Part shown: positions 9,047 to 20,311 of the stretch, one piece after another
Layout: every line of letters begins with the position of its first letter
Numbering within the stretch: position 1 is the first letter of the stretch
Origin: an uncultured Clostridiaceae bacterium
Lineage (GTDB): Bacteria > Bacillota > Clostridia > Lutisporales > Lutisporaceae
Direction: 5' to 3'
DNA: 64,000 nt
Assembly (NCBI GenBank): GCA_964408955.1
Contig: CAYPBK010000004.1
Coordinates: 31,279-95,278 of the forward strand
Notes under the pieces: model-generated
What the model was told of the DNA's origin: nothing
Databases searched by the model: none
What the model saw: only the letters and a program-made list of their open reading frames with translations
Program-made: the position numbers and the translations under genes

Positions 9047-12000
9047 ATGAGCTTGCGCATTATTTATGGCAAAGCAGGAAGCGGCAAAAGCAAAGCATGT
9101 ATTGATGAAATAAAAAACAGATGGGAAGAGGGCGCGATAGGACCTTTAATTTTGATAGTGCCGGAGCAGTTTTCTTTCCAAGGTGAAAGAAGAATGGCAC
9201 AAGCCTTAGGTGGCCTGGGTATGGGAAAACCGGAGGTTTTAAGCTTTAAAAGACTGGCACGAAAGATAATGGATGAGGTAGGAGGTTCTGCGAAGCAACA
9301 TGTGAATAATGCGGGTAAAGCTATGATAATACATAGTGTATTGAGTAAGCACAGAGATAGCTTTAAAGCCTTTGGAAGATCCGCCGGTCAAAAAGGTTTT
9401 GTAAATAAGCTATCCGGTATGCTCTCAGAATTCAAAAGATATAATGTTAACCCTGAAATATTGGAGGAGACTACGGATAAAATAGAGGACAGATTCTTAA
9501 AGGATAAGCTGGAAGACTTGACTTTAATTTATTCAAGGTATGAGGAAATACTGCATCAAAGGTATATAGATACTGATGATGATTTAACTTTGCTAAAAAA
9601 CTGTATCAGTAAAAGCAAATATTTAAAGGATTCGGAGATTTGGATTGATGAATTTTCCGGCTTTACTCCACAGGAATATGAAATAATCGCTGAATTATTA
9701 CAAACAACAAAGGGGATAAATATTAGCCTTTGCACTGATTGTCTTATAGATTGTGAACAGATACAGGATGTTGATGTTTTTTCCTCCATAAAGTATACGG
9801 CATATAGGCTTAATAAAACTGCGCAGGATTTGAATATTAAAGTGGAAAAGCCTGTTGGGTTAAACCAAAGCATTCCTCAAAGATACAAAGATAGCAAAGC
9901 ATTGCAGCATATGGAGGAATTTTTATTCAAATACCCCTATAAAGTTTTTAAAGAGGAAACCGATAATATTAAAGTTTATTCCGCCGCTAACCCATACAAT
10001 GAGGTGGAAAACACTGCTATTGCCATCGTTAACTATTGCAGGGAGAAGAATATCAGATATAAAGATATGGCAGTTATAATGAGAAATCTGGATGATTATG
10101 AGAAGCTCATAAGGATAATATTCCCTCAATACAATATACCTTTTTTTATAGATAAAAAGCGCGCCGTAACGGAGCATCCCCTTACTCTTCTGGTCTTATC
10201 TATTTTACAAATTCTGATTAAAAATTTCAGCTACGAGTCTATATTCAGATATTTAAAAACAGGTCTTATATCAAAAACCCAGAGCATTACACCGGATAGT
10301 CCCGAGTATAATAGCGAGGTAGGCGAGGATTCTGAAGCTCCTTCCGACTATGCTAATAGACTAAGTTCAGAGGATATAGATGTATTAGAAAACTATGTTT
10401 TGGCTAACGGAATAAGAGGCAGTAAATGGTACCAAAGTGAGCCCTGGGATTATAGAATAGAATATACTATTGATGGAAAAGAACCGGAAAAAGAAGAATT
10501 GGAATTGATAAAGAGAATAAATGATATTCGATTGTCAGTAGTTAAGCCTATTATTACTTTTAAAGAGAAAGCCAAGTCATCAAAAAAGGTTGAGGATCTT
10601 TGCCGGTATTTATATGAATTTCTATTGGATATAGGAATATCAGAGAAAATAGAGGAGCTGGAGAATAGATACAAAGAAGAGGGAGAATTGGAACTGGCCG
10701 ACGGGTATAGACAGATTTGGGATATGATTGTAGATATTCTCGATCAGATTGTAGAGGTTAAAGGTGGCGAAACGCTAAAACTGGAAGAGTTTTATGATAC
10801 TCTGGATTTAGGCTTTGCAGAATACAGCATGGGCCTCATACCTCATGCGGTGGATGAGGTACTTGTTGGCAGCATAGACCGATGGAGAAGCCACGAGATA
10901 AAGGTTCTCTTCATCTTAGGAGCCAATGACGGGATAATACCTGCTGTGACAAAGGATGAAGGAATGCTATCCGATAAAGAACGAGGCATTTTAAAAACTC
11001 TTGGGGTTGAATTAGCACCGGATACGGGGGCTCAAGCCTTTGATGAACAATTTTTATTATACAGCTCTTTAACTAAAACAGGGGAGTATTTAATCATCAG
11101 TTATCCTATCGGTGACTCCGAAGGTAAAGGGCTGAGACCCTCCACCGTAGTCAACAAGCTAAAAAGAATTTTTCCCAATATGGAGAGGATTAGTACGGCT
11201 AGGGAAGAAAAGAAAGCCATAGAAAATATAACTGCAATTCTACCCACCTTTAATATGCTGATATCTGCTTTAAGAAGCCTGGCAGAAGGTAAAAATGTTG
11301 AAAATGAGTTATGGAAGGATGTTTATTCATGGTTTTTAAAAAAATCGGAGTGGAAGGATAAACTGGAGCTCATAACCCGAGGTTTAGTCTATAGTAATGA
11401 AGAAATACCTTTAAAGGATAACTTAGCGGGGGATAGCGATAAGCTGTATACATCAGTTTCAAGATTGGAGAAATATAATTCCTGTCCTTTTTCCTACTAT
11501 GTTCAATATGGCTTAAAAGCAAAGGAAAGAAGAATGATGAAGCTGGAAGCCCCTGATATAGGCAGCTTTTTACACCTTGTTATAAGCCGCTTTTCCGAGG
11601 ATTTGATAAAGGATAATTTAAAATGGGCAGATGTAAAGGAAGAATGGAGCAACAAAAAAATTGATTATCTCGTTGAGGACATAGTAGAAAACGCATCGGG
11701 ATTGCCTTTAAAAAGAACTAAACGATATGAATATTTAAAGGAAAGGTTAAAAGGTATAGTTAAAAGGTCTGTGTGGCTTATAGTGGAGCATGCCAAGGAA
11801 AGTGGCTTTGAGCCTATAATGTATGAAGCGGCTTTTGGTGAAGGAGACTTGCCTGCCATTACCCTTAATTTGCCTGAGGGCGGAGAGGTTGTAATTACAG
11901 GACGAATAGACAGAATAGATTTATTAGAAAAAGAAGATAAAAGCTATGTTCGGATAGTCGATTATAAATCAGGAAGCAAGAGCTTTAGGCTATCTGATGT

Positions 12001-12580
12001 ATACCATGGATTGCAGCTTCAGTTAATTCTTTACCTAAGCGCTATTTGGGAAAAAGGAATCAAAGGTTATGGGGATAAACTACTGCCAGCCGGGATGCTC
12101 TATTTTAAGCTGGATGAGCCATTAATAAAGGTTGATAGGAAAGAAACGGATGAGAATATAGAAAAAGAAATAAAGAAAAATATGAAAATGCGGGGGCTCA
12201 TTTTAGCAGATACAGCTATCGTAAAGGAAATGGATAGGAGTATAGCCGGCACGTCTATGATAATACCGGCACGGCTTAATAATGACGGCACCTTGGGCAA
12301 AAACTCCTCAATAGCCACTATTGAGCAATTTGAAGTGCTCAAATCCTATGCAATGGACTCCTTGATAAGTATTTCAAGAGAAATTAATAAAGGGAATATA
12401 TCAATATCACCCTATAAGAAAAATAAATTTACTTCATGTACCTACTGCCCTTATTCTCCAATATGCCGGTTTGAGTCAAATGTTGGAGGGAATAAGTATA
12501 GAGTTTTAAAAGACTATAAAAATGATAAGGCTTGGGAGCTGATGGTCAATAGTTGCAAAGGTGGTGAGGCAATTGACTAA
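9047..12580 (+). CDS. addB: Helicase-nuclease AddAB, subunit B
   Basis: N-terminal IIYGKAGSGKSK P-loop. C-terminal RecB-type nuclease with the AddB Fe-S cysteines (CPFSYY ... CTYCPYSPIC). Size of 1177 aa and position immediately upstream of addA. Confidence 0.9.
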   Translation: MSLRIIYGKAGSGKSKACIDEIKNRWEEGAIGPLILIVPEQFSFQGERRMAQALGGLGMGKPEVLSFKRLARKIMDEVGGSAKQHVNNAGKAMIIHSVLSKHRDSFKAFGRSAGQKGFVNKLSGMLSEFKRYNVNPEILEETTDKIEDRFLKDKLEDLTLIYSRYEEILHQRYIDTDDDLTLLKNCISKSKYLKDSEIWIDEFSGFTPQEYEIIAELLQTTKGINISLCTDCLIDCEQIQDVDVFSSIKYTAYRLNKTAQDLNIKVEKPVGLNQSIPQRYKDSKALQHMEEFLFKYPYKVFKEETDNIKVYSAANPYNEVENTAIAIVNYCREKNIRYKDMAVIMRNLDDYEKLIRIIFPQYNIPFFIDKKRAVTEHPLTLLVLSILQILIKNFSYESIFRYLKTGLISKTQSITPDSPEYNSEVGEDSEAPSDYANRLSSEDIDVLENYVLANGIRGSKWYQSEPWDYRIEYTIDGKEPEKEELELIKRINDIRLSVVKPIITFKEKAKSSKKVEDLCRYLYEFLLDIGISEKIEELENRYKEEGELELADGYRQIWDMIVDILDQIVEVKGGETLKLEEFYDTLDLGFAEYSMGLIPHAVDEVLVGSIDRWRSHEIKVLFILGANDGIIPAVTKDEGMLSDKERGILKTLGVELAPDTGAQAFDEQFLLYSSLTKTGEYLIISYPIGDSEGKGLRPSTVVNKLKRIFPNMERISTAREEKKAIENITAILPTFNMLISALRSLAEGKNVENELWKDVYSWFLKKSEWKDKLELITRGLVYSNEEIPLKDNLAGDSDKLYTSVSRLEKYNSCPFSYYVQYGLKAKERRMMKLEAPDIGSFLHLVISRFSEDLIKDNLKWADVKEEWSNKKIDYLVEDIVENASGLPLKRTKRYEYLKERLKGIVKRSVWLIVEHAKESGFEPIMYEAAFGEGDLPAITLNLPEGGEVVITGRIDRIDLLEKEDKSYVRIVDYKSGSKSFRLSDVYHGLQLQLILYLSAIWEKGIKGYGDKLLPAGMLYFKLDEPLIKVDRKETDENIEKEIKKNMKMRGLILADTAIVKEMDRSIAGTSMIIPARLNNDGTLGKNSSIATIEQFEVLKSYAMDSLISISREINKGNISISPYKKNKFTSCTYCPYSPICRFESNVGGNKYRVLKDYKNDKAWELMVNSCKGGEAID

Positions 12581-15500
12581 ATGGACTGATGAACAGCTAA
12601 GGGCAATAAAGGATAGAGATTGCGACCTCTTGGTTGCGGCAGCAGCCGGCGCGGGGAAAACTGCTGTACTGGTGGAAAGGATAATTCAGCGGATTATTTA
12701 TGATAAAAATCCAGCAGATATAGATAATATGCTGGTAGTGACCTTTACTAATGCAGCCGCAGCGGAAATGAGGGAGAGGATTGCACTAGCCCTGGACAAA
12801 GCAGTAGAAAAGGAGCCGGATTCAAAAAGACTTCAAAAGCAACTGCTTCTTTTGCCTAAAGCAGGTATTACAACTATACATTCCTTTTGCATGGATGTTC
12901 TGAAAAACAATTACTATAAGCTGGACCTGGCGCCGGATTTTAGAATTGCCGATGGCACGGAGAGCCTGCTATTAAAGATTGAGGCTCTGGATGAGCTTTT
13001 TGAAGCTCAATACGATAAAGGGGAAGATTCTTTTTATAAGCTTCTCAACTCCTATAGCGGCAATAAGGATGACAACAGTCTTAAGGAAATGGTTTTAGAA
13101 ACCTATAATTTTGTTCAAAGCATACCCTGGCCAGATAAATGGCTTAAAAATATGACGGATTGTTATCAGATAAATGAAGATTTTGATTTTATTAATACAA
13201 AGTGGGCAAAAATTATTTTGGAATTAGTTAATCTAGAGCTTTATGGGTGTATAACCACCCTCAAAAAAGCCCTCAGCATTGCAGGAGAAGGCTATGGGCT
13301 GGAAAAATGTGAAGCGCAGCTATTCTATGATATAAAGAATACAGAAAGATTAATATATCATGAAGGGCAAAACTGGGATAGCGTTGCTATGCTATTTGAG
13401 GATATTAAGTTTGAAACTCAGAAAAGACCTACAAAGGATGGCGATATGGCTTCCTATGAGATATTAAAGGCTTCGAGAAAGGATGCTAAAGAAAAAATAT
13501 ATAAACTGAGGGATGAATTTTTTAGTTGCAATGAAAGTGAAATCAAGGGGGATTTAGCCACTTTACAGCCTTTGATAAAATATTTATGTGAATTAGTAAT
13601 GAAATTTGATGAAGTGTATTCCCTAGCAAAAAAGGAAAAAGGCGTAATTGATTTTAACGATTTGGAGCATTTCAGCTTGAAAATCCTGACGGAAGCAGAT
13701 GAACAGGGCAATATAGCGCCGTCGCCTGTTGCTTTAAGCTTAAGAGATAAGTACGAAGAAATAATGATAGATGAATACCAGGACAGCAATATGGTTCAGG
13801 AGGTTATACTTAGCGTAATTTCAAGAAGAGATATAGGTAAACCCAACATGTTTATGGTAGGGGATGTAAAGCAAAGTATATACAGGTTCAGACAAGCCAA
13901 GCCGGAGCTTTTTTTGGATAAATACTCCAGATACTCGGATGCCGATGATGCCCTGGATAGAAAGGTAATGCTGTACAAAAATTTCAGGAGCAAAGAAGAA
14001 ATAATAACGGGGGTCAACTTTTTTTTCAGGCAGCTCATGACAGAGTATATTGGTGAAATAGACTATGGCGAAAAGGAGTTTCTAAACTATGGAGCAACTT
14101 TTCCGGAGGATAAAAACCAAAGGGGTGAGGCAAATGCTATAGAGCTGCATATACTTGATCTGTCTGAGAAAGAAGTGCTGACAGCAGACATAGAGGAAGA
14201 AAAGGAAGAAGAATCAATTGAGAAAGTTGATGGGGAAGAGGAAATAGAGGAGGACTTGGAAGATATCCAAGGAGAGGCAAGAATAATCGGCAGAAGGATA
14301 AAGGAGCTTGTGGGTGAAGGGAAAGAAGAAGCCTTCAGGATATATGATAAGGATTTAAAGGCATGGAGAAATGCGGATTACAAGGACATTGTGGTATTGC
14401 TGAGAACGGTGAAAAACTGGGCGGAAACCATTGAAGAAGAGCTGGAGTCCATGGGTGTTCCGGTTTTTGCAGACACAGGCACGGGCTATTTCAAAAGGAT
14501 GGAAGTCCAGATTATATTGTCCTTGCTTCAAATCATAGATAATCCTTTGCAGGACATACCTCTTATAGCTGTTTTAAAATCTCCTATAGGTGGATTTACT
14601 TCTCAGGAGCTTATGGATGTTAGGAATATTGATAAAAAAGCCTCCTTTTATGATGCATTGCAATTGGCAGTAAAGGATGACGGTGAAATCAGTAAAAAAG
14701 CTACCGCATTCATATCTGACCTCACTTTATGGAGGGAAAAGGCGCTGCATATGCCGACGGATGAGCTTATTTGGTATTTATATAATGAAACAGGTTTCTT
14801 AAGCTATGTTGGGGCAATGCCGGGAGGGCACCAAAGACAAGCAAATTTGCATATACTTTTTGAAAGAGCAAAGCAATACGAAGACACAAGCTTTAAAGGC
14901 TTGTTTAACTTCATTAATTTTATAGAAAAGCTGAGAGTGGGAAGCGGTGATATGGGTAATGCGAAAATTCTTGGGGAGAAAGATAATGTTGTGAGAATTA
15001 TGAGCATTCACAAAAGCAAGGGATTGGAGTTTCCTATAGTTATACTTGGCGGCGTAGGCAAAGCTTTTAATATGCAAGATACAAGGAAATCCATGCTTCT
15101 TCACCAGGATTTGGGCTTTGGTACAGATTTAGTGGATTTAAAGAGAAGAATAACCTATGTTACTTTACCCAAGACTGCCATAAAACATAAAATAAAGCGT
15201 GAGACATTATCTGAGGAAATGAGAATCCTCTATGTGGCAATGACCAGGGCAAAGGAAAAGCTTATCATTACAGGCTTTGATAAAAACCTTGTGAGGTCCT
15301 TATCAAAATGGGATGAAGTCCTAGGTTTTACAATGGAAAAATTGCCGGCTTATATGGTTATAAGCGGAAGAAGGTTTTTAGACTGGGTAGGCTTGGCTTT
15401 GGCAAGGCATACTAATTTAAGAAACATAGAGGCATCAGGCAGTACCGGCTTTAAAAAAGCGTTCCCCTGGAAAGTAAGAGTTTGGCACAAGGAAGAGCTA

Positions 15501-16289
15501 TTGAAGTCTATTGATGTGAAAGATGAAGCCCTTGATATCAAAGCATTAAAAGGGAATTTGGAGCTTAATAAGGGCTCTGGAAGCTTTGTCGGAGAAATAT
15601 CTAAAAGACTGGATTGGTTCTATCCCTTTAGGAAAGCAACCTCGTTGCCGGTAAAGCTATCAGTTACGGAACTAAAAAGGATGAAAGGCGAGGAGGAGGA
15701 ATACACAAAGGAGCTGTTCAAAAGACAATACATAAAAAAGCCTGTTTTTATGGAGGAGGAAAGGACAATAAGTGCGGCAAAACGGGGCAGTATTATGCAT
15801 TATGTGATGCAGCACTTAGACTTGACTAAGATAGATAGTGTTGAAAGTATAAAGGCTCAAATAGAGCAGCTAGTCATAGAAGAGTTTATAACCCGGGAGC
15901 AAAGTAAGGTTGTTAACGCTTATAATATATATAGATTTTTCAATTCGGATTTGGGCAAAAGGATAAGGAAAGCTGATGAAGTATATAGAGAGATGCCTTT
16001 TAATATGGAAATAAAGCCTGAGGAAGTATTTTCTGATAAAGATTATTCAGACTTAGATGAAAGGATTTTATTACAAGGCGTTATAGACTGTTATTTTATT
16101 GAAGATGGCAAAGCTATTTTGGTTGATTACAAGACAGATTATGTAGATGGAAACGAAGAAGAGCTTGCGTATAAAAGATACAAAGTGCAAATGGATTATT
16201 ACACAAAGGCATTGGAGAGGATAGGAGATAAAATAGTAGAGGAAAAATATATTTATTTCTTATACTCAGGAAATTTTGTAAAGTTATAA
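12561..16289 (+). CDS. addA: Helicase-nuclease AddAB, subunit A (UvrD-type helicase + RecB nuclease)
   Basis: WTDEQLRAI, AAAGAGKTAVLVERI Walker A, DEYQDSN, and a C-terminal nuclease region (GVIDCYF..DYKTD). The start overlaps the addB stop. TTG 12573 is an alternative start. Confidence 0.9.
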   Translation: MVRQLTKWTDEQLRAIKDRDCDLLVAAAAGAGKTAVLVERIIQRIIYDKNPADIDNMLVVTFTNAAAAEMRERIALALDKAVEKEPDSKRLQKQLLLLPKAGITTIHSFCMDVLKNNYYKLDLAPDFRIADGTESLLLKIEALDELFEAQYDKGEDSFYKLLNSYSGNKDDNSLKEMVLETYNFVQSIPWPDKWLKNMTDCYQINEDFDFINTKWAKIILELVNLELYGCITTLKKALSIAGEGYGLEKCEAQLFYDIKNTERLIYHEGQNWDSVAMLFEDIKFETQKRPTKDGDMASYEILKASRKDAKEKIYKLRDEFFSCNESEIKGDLATLQPLIKYLCELVMKFDEVYSLAKKEKGVIDFNDLEHFSLKILTEADEQGNIAPSPVALSLRDKYEEIMIDEYQDSNMVQEVILSVISRRDIGKPNMFMVGDVKQSIYRFRQAKPELFLDKYSRYSDADDALDRKVMLYKNFRSKEEIITGVNFFFRQLMTEYIGEIDYGEKEFLNYGATFPEDKNQRGEANAIELHILDLSEKEVLTADIEEEKEEESIEKVDGEEEIEEDLEDIQGEARIIGRRIKELVGEGKEEAFRIYDKDLKAWRNADYKDIVVLLRTVKNWAETIEEELESMGVPVFADTGTGYFKRMEVQIILSLLQIIDNPLQDIPLIAVLKSPIGGFTSQELMDVRNIDKKASFYDALQLAVKDDGEISKKATAFISDLTLWREKALHMPTDELIWYLYNETGFLSYVGAMPGGHQRQANLHILFERAKQYEDTSFKGLFNFINFIEKLRVGSGDMGNAKILGEKDNVVRIMSIHKSKGLEFPIVILGGVGKAFNMQDTRKSMLLHQDLGFGTDLVDLKRRITYVTLPKTAIKHKIKRETLSEEMRILYVAMTRAKEKLIITGFDKNLVRSLSKWDEVLGFTMEKLPAYMVISGRRFLDWVGLALARHTNLRNIEASGSTGFKKAFPWKVRVWHKEELLKSIDVKDEALDIKALKGNLELNKGSGSFVGEISKRLDWFYPFRKATSLPVKLSVTELKRMKGEEEEYTKELFKRQYIKKPVFMEEERTISAAKRGSIMHYVMQHLDLTKIDSVESIKAQIEQLVIEEFITREQSKVVNAYNIYRFFNSDLGKRIRKADEVYREMPFNMEIKPEEVFSDKDYSDLDERILLQGVIDCYFIEDGKAILVDYKTDYVDGNEEELAYKRYKVQMDYYTKALERIGDKIVEEKYIYFLYSGNFVKL

Positions 16290-16313
16290 AAAGGGCTATT
16301 ACAGCCCTTTTTT
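16289..16313. terminator. Bidirectional terminator between convergent addA and the GntR gene
   Basis: Stem AAAGGGCT, loop ATTAC, stem AGCCCTTT, flanked by an A-run and a T-run. Confidence 0.8.
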
Positions 16314-16941
16314 ACTTAAATACCTCAGTTCCCATAAAAATTGATTGGAAGTCTTTAACATGGTTAGTCAAAAGCCTTACAGTTTCTGAAACGTTTCTTG
16401 CTTCGATATTATTAATAATTTCCTCCAATTCTTCTGTTACGGATTTATCTATAAAAGCCAAATACTGTTTGTTTAAAAACATAAACCTGATACATAAGTC
16501 TGTTACATTATTCATTGTTTTTTCCAATAAAAAGTTTCTTGTTGTTTTGGAAATTGTCCTATGAAACTCTCTTTCGCACATGACTTTTTTTACATGTTCT
16601 GTTTCATTGATAGTATCCTTCACTACCTGCCTTAAACAGATGATATCATCTGCAGTCGCTTTTTTTGTCACTAGCTCTCCTTCCAAAGCTGTTAAAGTCA
16701 ACCTCATTTGGTATATAGACTCCATTTTTTCCAGAGGAAATTCGCTGACTAAAAAGCACTTTCTGGGTATTGTTCTCACTTGTTCATCCCAAGAAAGCCT
16801 GCTTAAAGCTTCTCTTATAGGCGTTCTTCCCATATTAAAACGCTCCATAAGTTCAGATTCCACAATTATTTCACCGGGCTTAAGTTCTGCCGTCATTATT
16901 AGTTTTTTAATCCTATCATAGGCAATATCACTATCTCTCAT
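16312..16941 (-). CDS. GntR-family (FadR/FCD-type) transcriptional regulator
   Basis: N-terminal winged-helix segment (PGEIIVESELMERFNMGRTPIREALSRL) followed by an alpha-helical FCD-like C-domain. Confidence 0.8.
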   Translation of the reverse strand: MRDSDIAYDRIKKLIMTAELKPGEIIVESELMERFNMGRTPIREALSRLSWDEQVRTIPRKCFLVSEFPLEKMESIYQMRLTLTALEGELVTKKATADDIICLRQVVKDTINETEHVKKVMCEREFHRTISKTTRNFLLEKTMNNVTDLCIRFMFLNKQYLAFIDKSVTEELEEIINNIEARNVSETVRLLTNHVKDFQSIFMGTEVFK

Positions 16942-16967
16942 GTAGTTCCCCCCTGAATTTAATACTA

Positions 16968-17921
16968 TTAGGAAAAGCCTCCGCCGGTACGGATAAGGAT
17001 ACCTTGACTATTAGAGGACATAAAAGCTGCGACTTCCTGTATCCTTTCCACTGTTGGAATTGCTATATTAGTCAGTTTATATCTCAAACCGAGAGTCCTG
17101 TAAGTATCCACACCTAATCTGTGATAAGGCAACAGCTCTATTCCTTGTAATCTGTGAATTCCTTTGCAAAATTCAATGGTTGATAATAGGTTTTCCTCGG
17201 AATCGTTGATAAAGGGAATCAGCGGAATTCTAACAAAGATTTTAATAGGATATGATAAACTATCAACCTTTAATATATTTTTCAATATTAAACTATTGTT
17301 TACTCCCGTATATTTCTTATGGCTTTCATTATCCATATGCTTGATATCAACGTACAAGACATCTAAATAAGGAAGAACTTTTTCTATTTGGGTAAAAGGA
17401 GCAAACAGGCTTGTTTCCATTGCGGTATTTATACCTCTTCTTCTGCATTGCTTCATAACTTCTGATACGAATTTAGCTTGTATTAAAGGCTCACCGCCGC
17501 TGAAGGTAACTCCGCCATCAGAGTGATAGTAAAAGATTTCGTCCTTTGCGATTTCTTTAACCAAATCGTCAACGGTAATGATTCTTCCGTACTTTTTATA
17601 GGCGCTAGAAGGACATTTTTCATAACAGGCTAAATTCATATTACACTTATCTTTAGAAATATTAATTTTATTATCCAAGGATAGTGTTAAAGCGCCTTCA
17701 GGACAGGATTTTATACAAACACTGCAGCCGGTACATTTATCATATAAATAACCTTTTTCTATTTCCATATTATGTGATTCAGGAGTTGAACACCACCAAC
17801 ATCTCAAAGGGCAGCCTTTTATAAAAACAACAGTTCTCAGACCACTCCCATCATGGATAGAAGTTTTTTCAATTCTTAATATCATTCCTTTATCATTTAA
17901 AAAAGAATTCATATTCATCAC
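16968..17921 (-). CDS. Glycyl-radical-enzyme activating enzyme (radical SAM)
   Basis: GCPLRCWWCSTPES CX3CX2C motif. Ferredoxin-like Cys clusters (CTGCSVCIKSCPEGA and C..C..KCPSSA). GGVTFSGGEP SAM motif. The start overlaps the GRE stop (ATGA at 17918-17921). Confidence 0.9.
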   Translation of the reverse strand: MMNMNSFLNDKGMILRIEKTSIHDGSGLRTVVFIKGCPLRCWWCSTPESHNMEIEKGYLYDKCTGCSVCIKSCPEGALTLSLDNKINISKDKCNMNLACYEKCPSSAYKKYGRIITVDDLVKEIAKDEIFYYHSDGGVTFSGGEPLIQAKFVSEVMKQCRRRGINTAMETSLFAPFTQIEKVLPYLDVLYVDIKHMDNESHKKYTGVNNSLILKNILKVDSLSYPIKIFVRIPLIPFINDSEENLLSTIEFCKGIHRLQGIELLPYHRLGVDTYRTLGLRYKLTNIAIPTVERIQEVAAFMSSNSQGILIRTGGGFS

Positions 17922-20311
17922 CCCACAGAGATTCCTTGTTGTGTGGTGCGCCCAATAATCTCATCTTGAACATCTTTTCCTAATTCAACAAAATATGCGG
18001 TATATCCGGCAACTCTGACCAGCAAACCCTTATACTGATCAGGATTTTTTTGGGCATTAATAAGTTTTTCATTGTCAATTATATTAAACTGAATATGGTA
18101 AACACCGAGACTGCACATGCTTCTTAATAGTGCCATAAGCTGTTTAATACCGTTTTCTGTAGATAGCAAAGAAGGATCAATTTTCATGTTTAGTAAAGTA
18201 CCTTGAACAAAACGGTCATGGGGAATATTTGACACGGATTTTAATATAGCTCCTGGTCCGCTGAAGTCAGTTCCGCCACTGGGGCTTACTCCGTCAGCTA
18301 AAGGTCTCCAGGCATTTCTGCCTGAAGGAAGAGCTCCCACTTCCAAGCCGAAAGGAGTGTTCCCTGAGACAGGAAGTATACCCGGGGTCATCTTACCAAA
18401 TTTGCTGCTATACTTCTCTATTTCATCAGCAATGAAAGTAAAAAGTTCTCCGGCAAAAGCATCAACTTCAGAAATATCATTACCATATTTAGGAGCTTCA
18501 AGGCAAAGCCTTTTAATATAATCAAAACCTTGAAAATCCTTGTCAAGGGCTTCCAGCATTTCCTTCATGGGAATCTGTTTTCTATCATAGACAATGTTTT
18601 TGATAGCGGCAATACTGTTTATCAGGTCCGCCACACCGATAAGTATAATTCCGTTGCCCGTATTATACTTTGCTCCGCCCCAGGCATAGTCTTTGGCATT
18701 TTCTATGCAATCTTTGAAAGTTAAGGACAATGCAGGGACGGGTCTGTTCATGCATATCTCATCTATAACATGGCTGCCTTTTACAACAGCACGAACAGCA
18801 TAGGAAATCTGCCTCTTAATAGCATCCAGAAACTCTTCAAAAGTATTAAAGCTTTCTGGATTGCCGGTTCTTTCAGAGATATAGTTTTTACTTTTTCTAT
18901 GCATTCCGTCAAGGAGGGCGAATTCCACCATACTGCCTAAATTAATATCAGCAAGGGCAGTATAATGGCGAAGACGACCTTCCAAATTGGTTTCGACACA
19001 ACCGCATGGATTCCAATTTAAAGCTTCTTTTGAAGGTATGCCTTTATTCATCAGCATGCGTATACCGATATCATCATTGAAAAAAGCAGGAAAACCTGTA
19101 CCCAATTTAATAACCTCAACTATTTTTCTTAGAAACTCACCGGAATTCTTTGCCAGATTATATCTAACCGACAGGGAAGGTTGGTACATCTGGACCTCTG
19201 CCGTTGCTTGCAATATCAAATAAGATAAATCGTTGACGGCGTCTCTTCCAAAGGAATCCACTCCTCCTATGCTGACATTTTGAAACATGGGATATCCGGC
19301 GGCAAACTCGGCAGTGACAGCATCCTGAAACAAACAAGGTTCGCTGAATTTTACCCATAAGCAGTTTAACAGCTCCTGGGCATCTTCCTTCGTAATGAGG
19401 TTATCTAGAATATCCTTTTTATAATAAGGGTATAGATACTGATCCATCCTTCCGGGATTGTAGGAAGCGGCATTTTGCTCCATAAAAATGCATATATGGT
19501 AAAAGTATAAGGCTTGAAGGGCTTCTCTAAAAGTCCTGGCGGGATATTTAGGCACATGGCTACATGTGGCTGATATCTCCATTAGCTCAGCTTTTCTTTT
19601 ATCGTCTCTTTCCAGATTGGCCAAACGAAGTGCTTCATCGCTGTAACGCTTTGCCAAAGTTTTTATTCCATCTGCTGCAATTAGAAGAGATGTAAGGTAA
19701 TAATCCTTTTCATAATCTCCCGGAACAGTGATATCAAGCCTATTTTTTCTTTTTTGTATTTCCTCTTTAATGCCTTCGGTGCCTTTCGTAATCAGCCATT
19801 CGTAACCTGCTGTAGTTTCTCCCCATCCTCTGACAGCTTTTCTATTTATATAGACAACTCCGTTATCGCGCAAAGTCTTTGTATCTTGAGGGATTTGCTT
19901 AAGCCAAGCCTCGTAATTTGATTTGCCTTTCCAATAAGGCTTGATAACGTTTTTGAATACCTCACGGTCCTCCGGACTCAGAAAAAAAGGATCATATCTC
20001 CTTTTACTTATAGTATCCAGTTCCTCATTTAAGACAGACCAGCAAGTATCTGCACATAGAATGCCTCCTCGAATCTTGCTTCCGGAACAGCCGACAATAA
20101 GCTCATCATCCCAAATAGTAACTGTCTTTTCTTCGCATTGTTTTTTAAAGGCTTTTGCTTTTTGAATTACAAAAGGCTCTCCCTCAGTTTCCATAAAGCT
20201 CTCTGTTAAAATTCTCGCGTTTTCTAAATCAACTTCCGGTCTCGTGCTCAACACTCTGTGCTTTAGCCTGTTAATGCGATCCATATAAGCTTTTCTTGGT
20301 TCTTTATCCAT
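17918..20311 (-). CDS. Glycyl radical enzyme, PFL2/dehydratase-lyase class, substrate unknown
   Basis: C-terminal Gly-radical motif LVRVAGYTAYFVEL and Cys loop NPCGCVETN (Cys plus Glu two residues later). The ATG at 20311 (MDKEPRK) is preceded by AAGGGGTGAG. The track start at 20320 is a GTG inside that RBS. Confidence 0.85.
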   Translation of the reverse strand: MDKEPRKAYMDRINRLKHRVLSTRPEVDLENARILTESFMETEGEPFVIQKAKAFKKQCEEKTVTIWDDELIVGCSGSKIRGGILCADTCWSVLNEELDTISKRRYDPFFLSPEDREVFKNVIKPYWKGKSNYEAWLKQIPQDTKTLRDNGVVYINRKAVRGWGETTAGYEWLITKGTEGIKEEIQKRKNRLDITVPGDYEKDYYLTSLLIAADGIKTLAKRYSDEALRLANLERDDKRKAELMEISATCSHVPKYPARTFREALQALYFYHICIFMEQNAASYNPGRMDQYLYPYYKKDILDNLITKEDAQELLNCLWVKFSEPCLFQDAVTAEFAAGYPMFQNVSIGGVDSFGRDAVNDLSYLILQATAEVQMYQPSLSVRYNLAKNSGEFLRKIVEVIKLGTGFPAFFNDDIGIRMLMNKGIPSKEALNWNPCGCVETNLEGRLRHYTALADINLGSMVEFALLDGMHRKSKNYISERTGNPESFNTFEEFLDAIKRQISYAVRAVVKGSHVIDEICMNRPVPALSLTFKDCIENAKDYAWGGAKYNTGNGIILIGVADLINSIAAIKNIVYDRKQIPMKEMLEALDKDFQGFDYIKRLCLEAPKYGNDISEVDAFAGELFTFIADEIEKYSSKFGKMTPGILPVSGNTPFGLEVGALPSGRNAWRPLADGVSPSGGTDFSGPGAILKSVSNIPHDRFVQGTLLNMKIDPSLLSTENGIKQLMALLRSMCSLGVYHIQFNIIDNEKLINAQKNPDQYKGLLVRVAGYTAYFVELGKDVQDEIIGRTTQQGISVG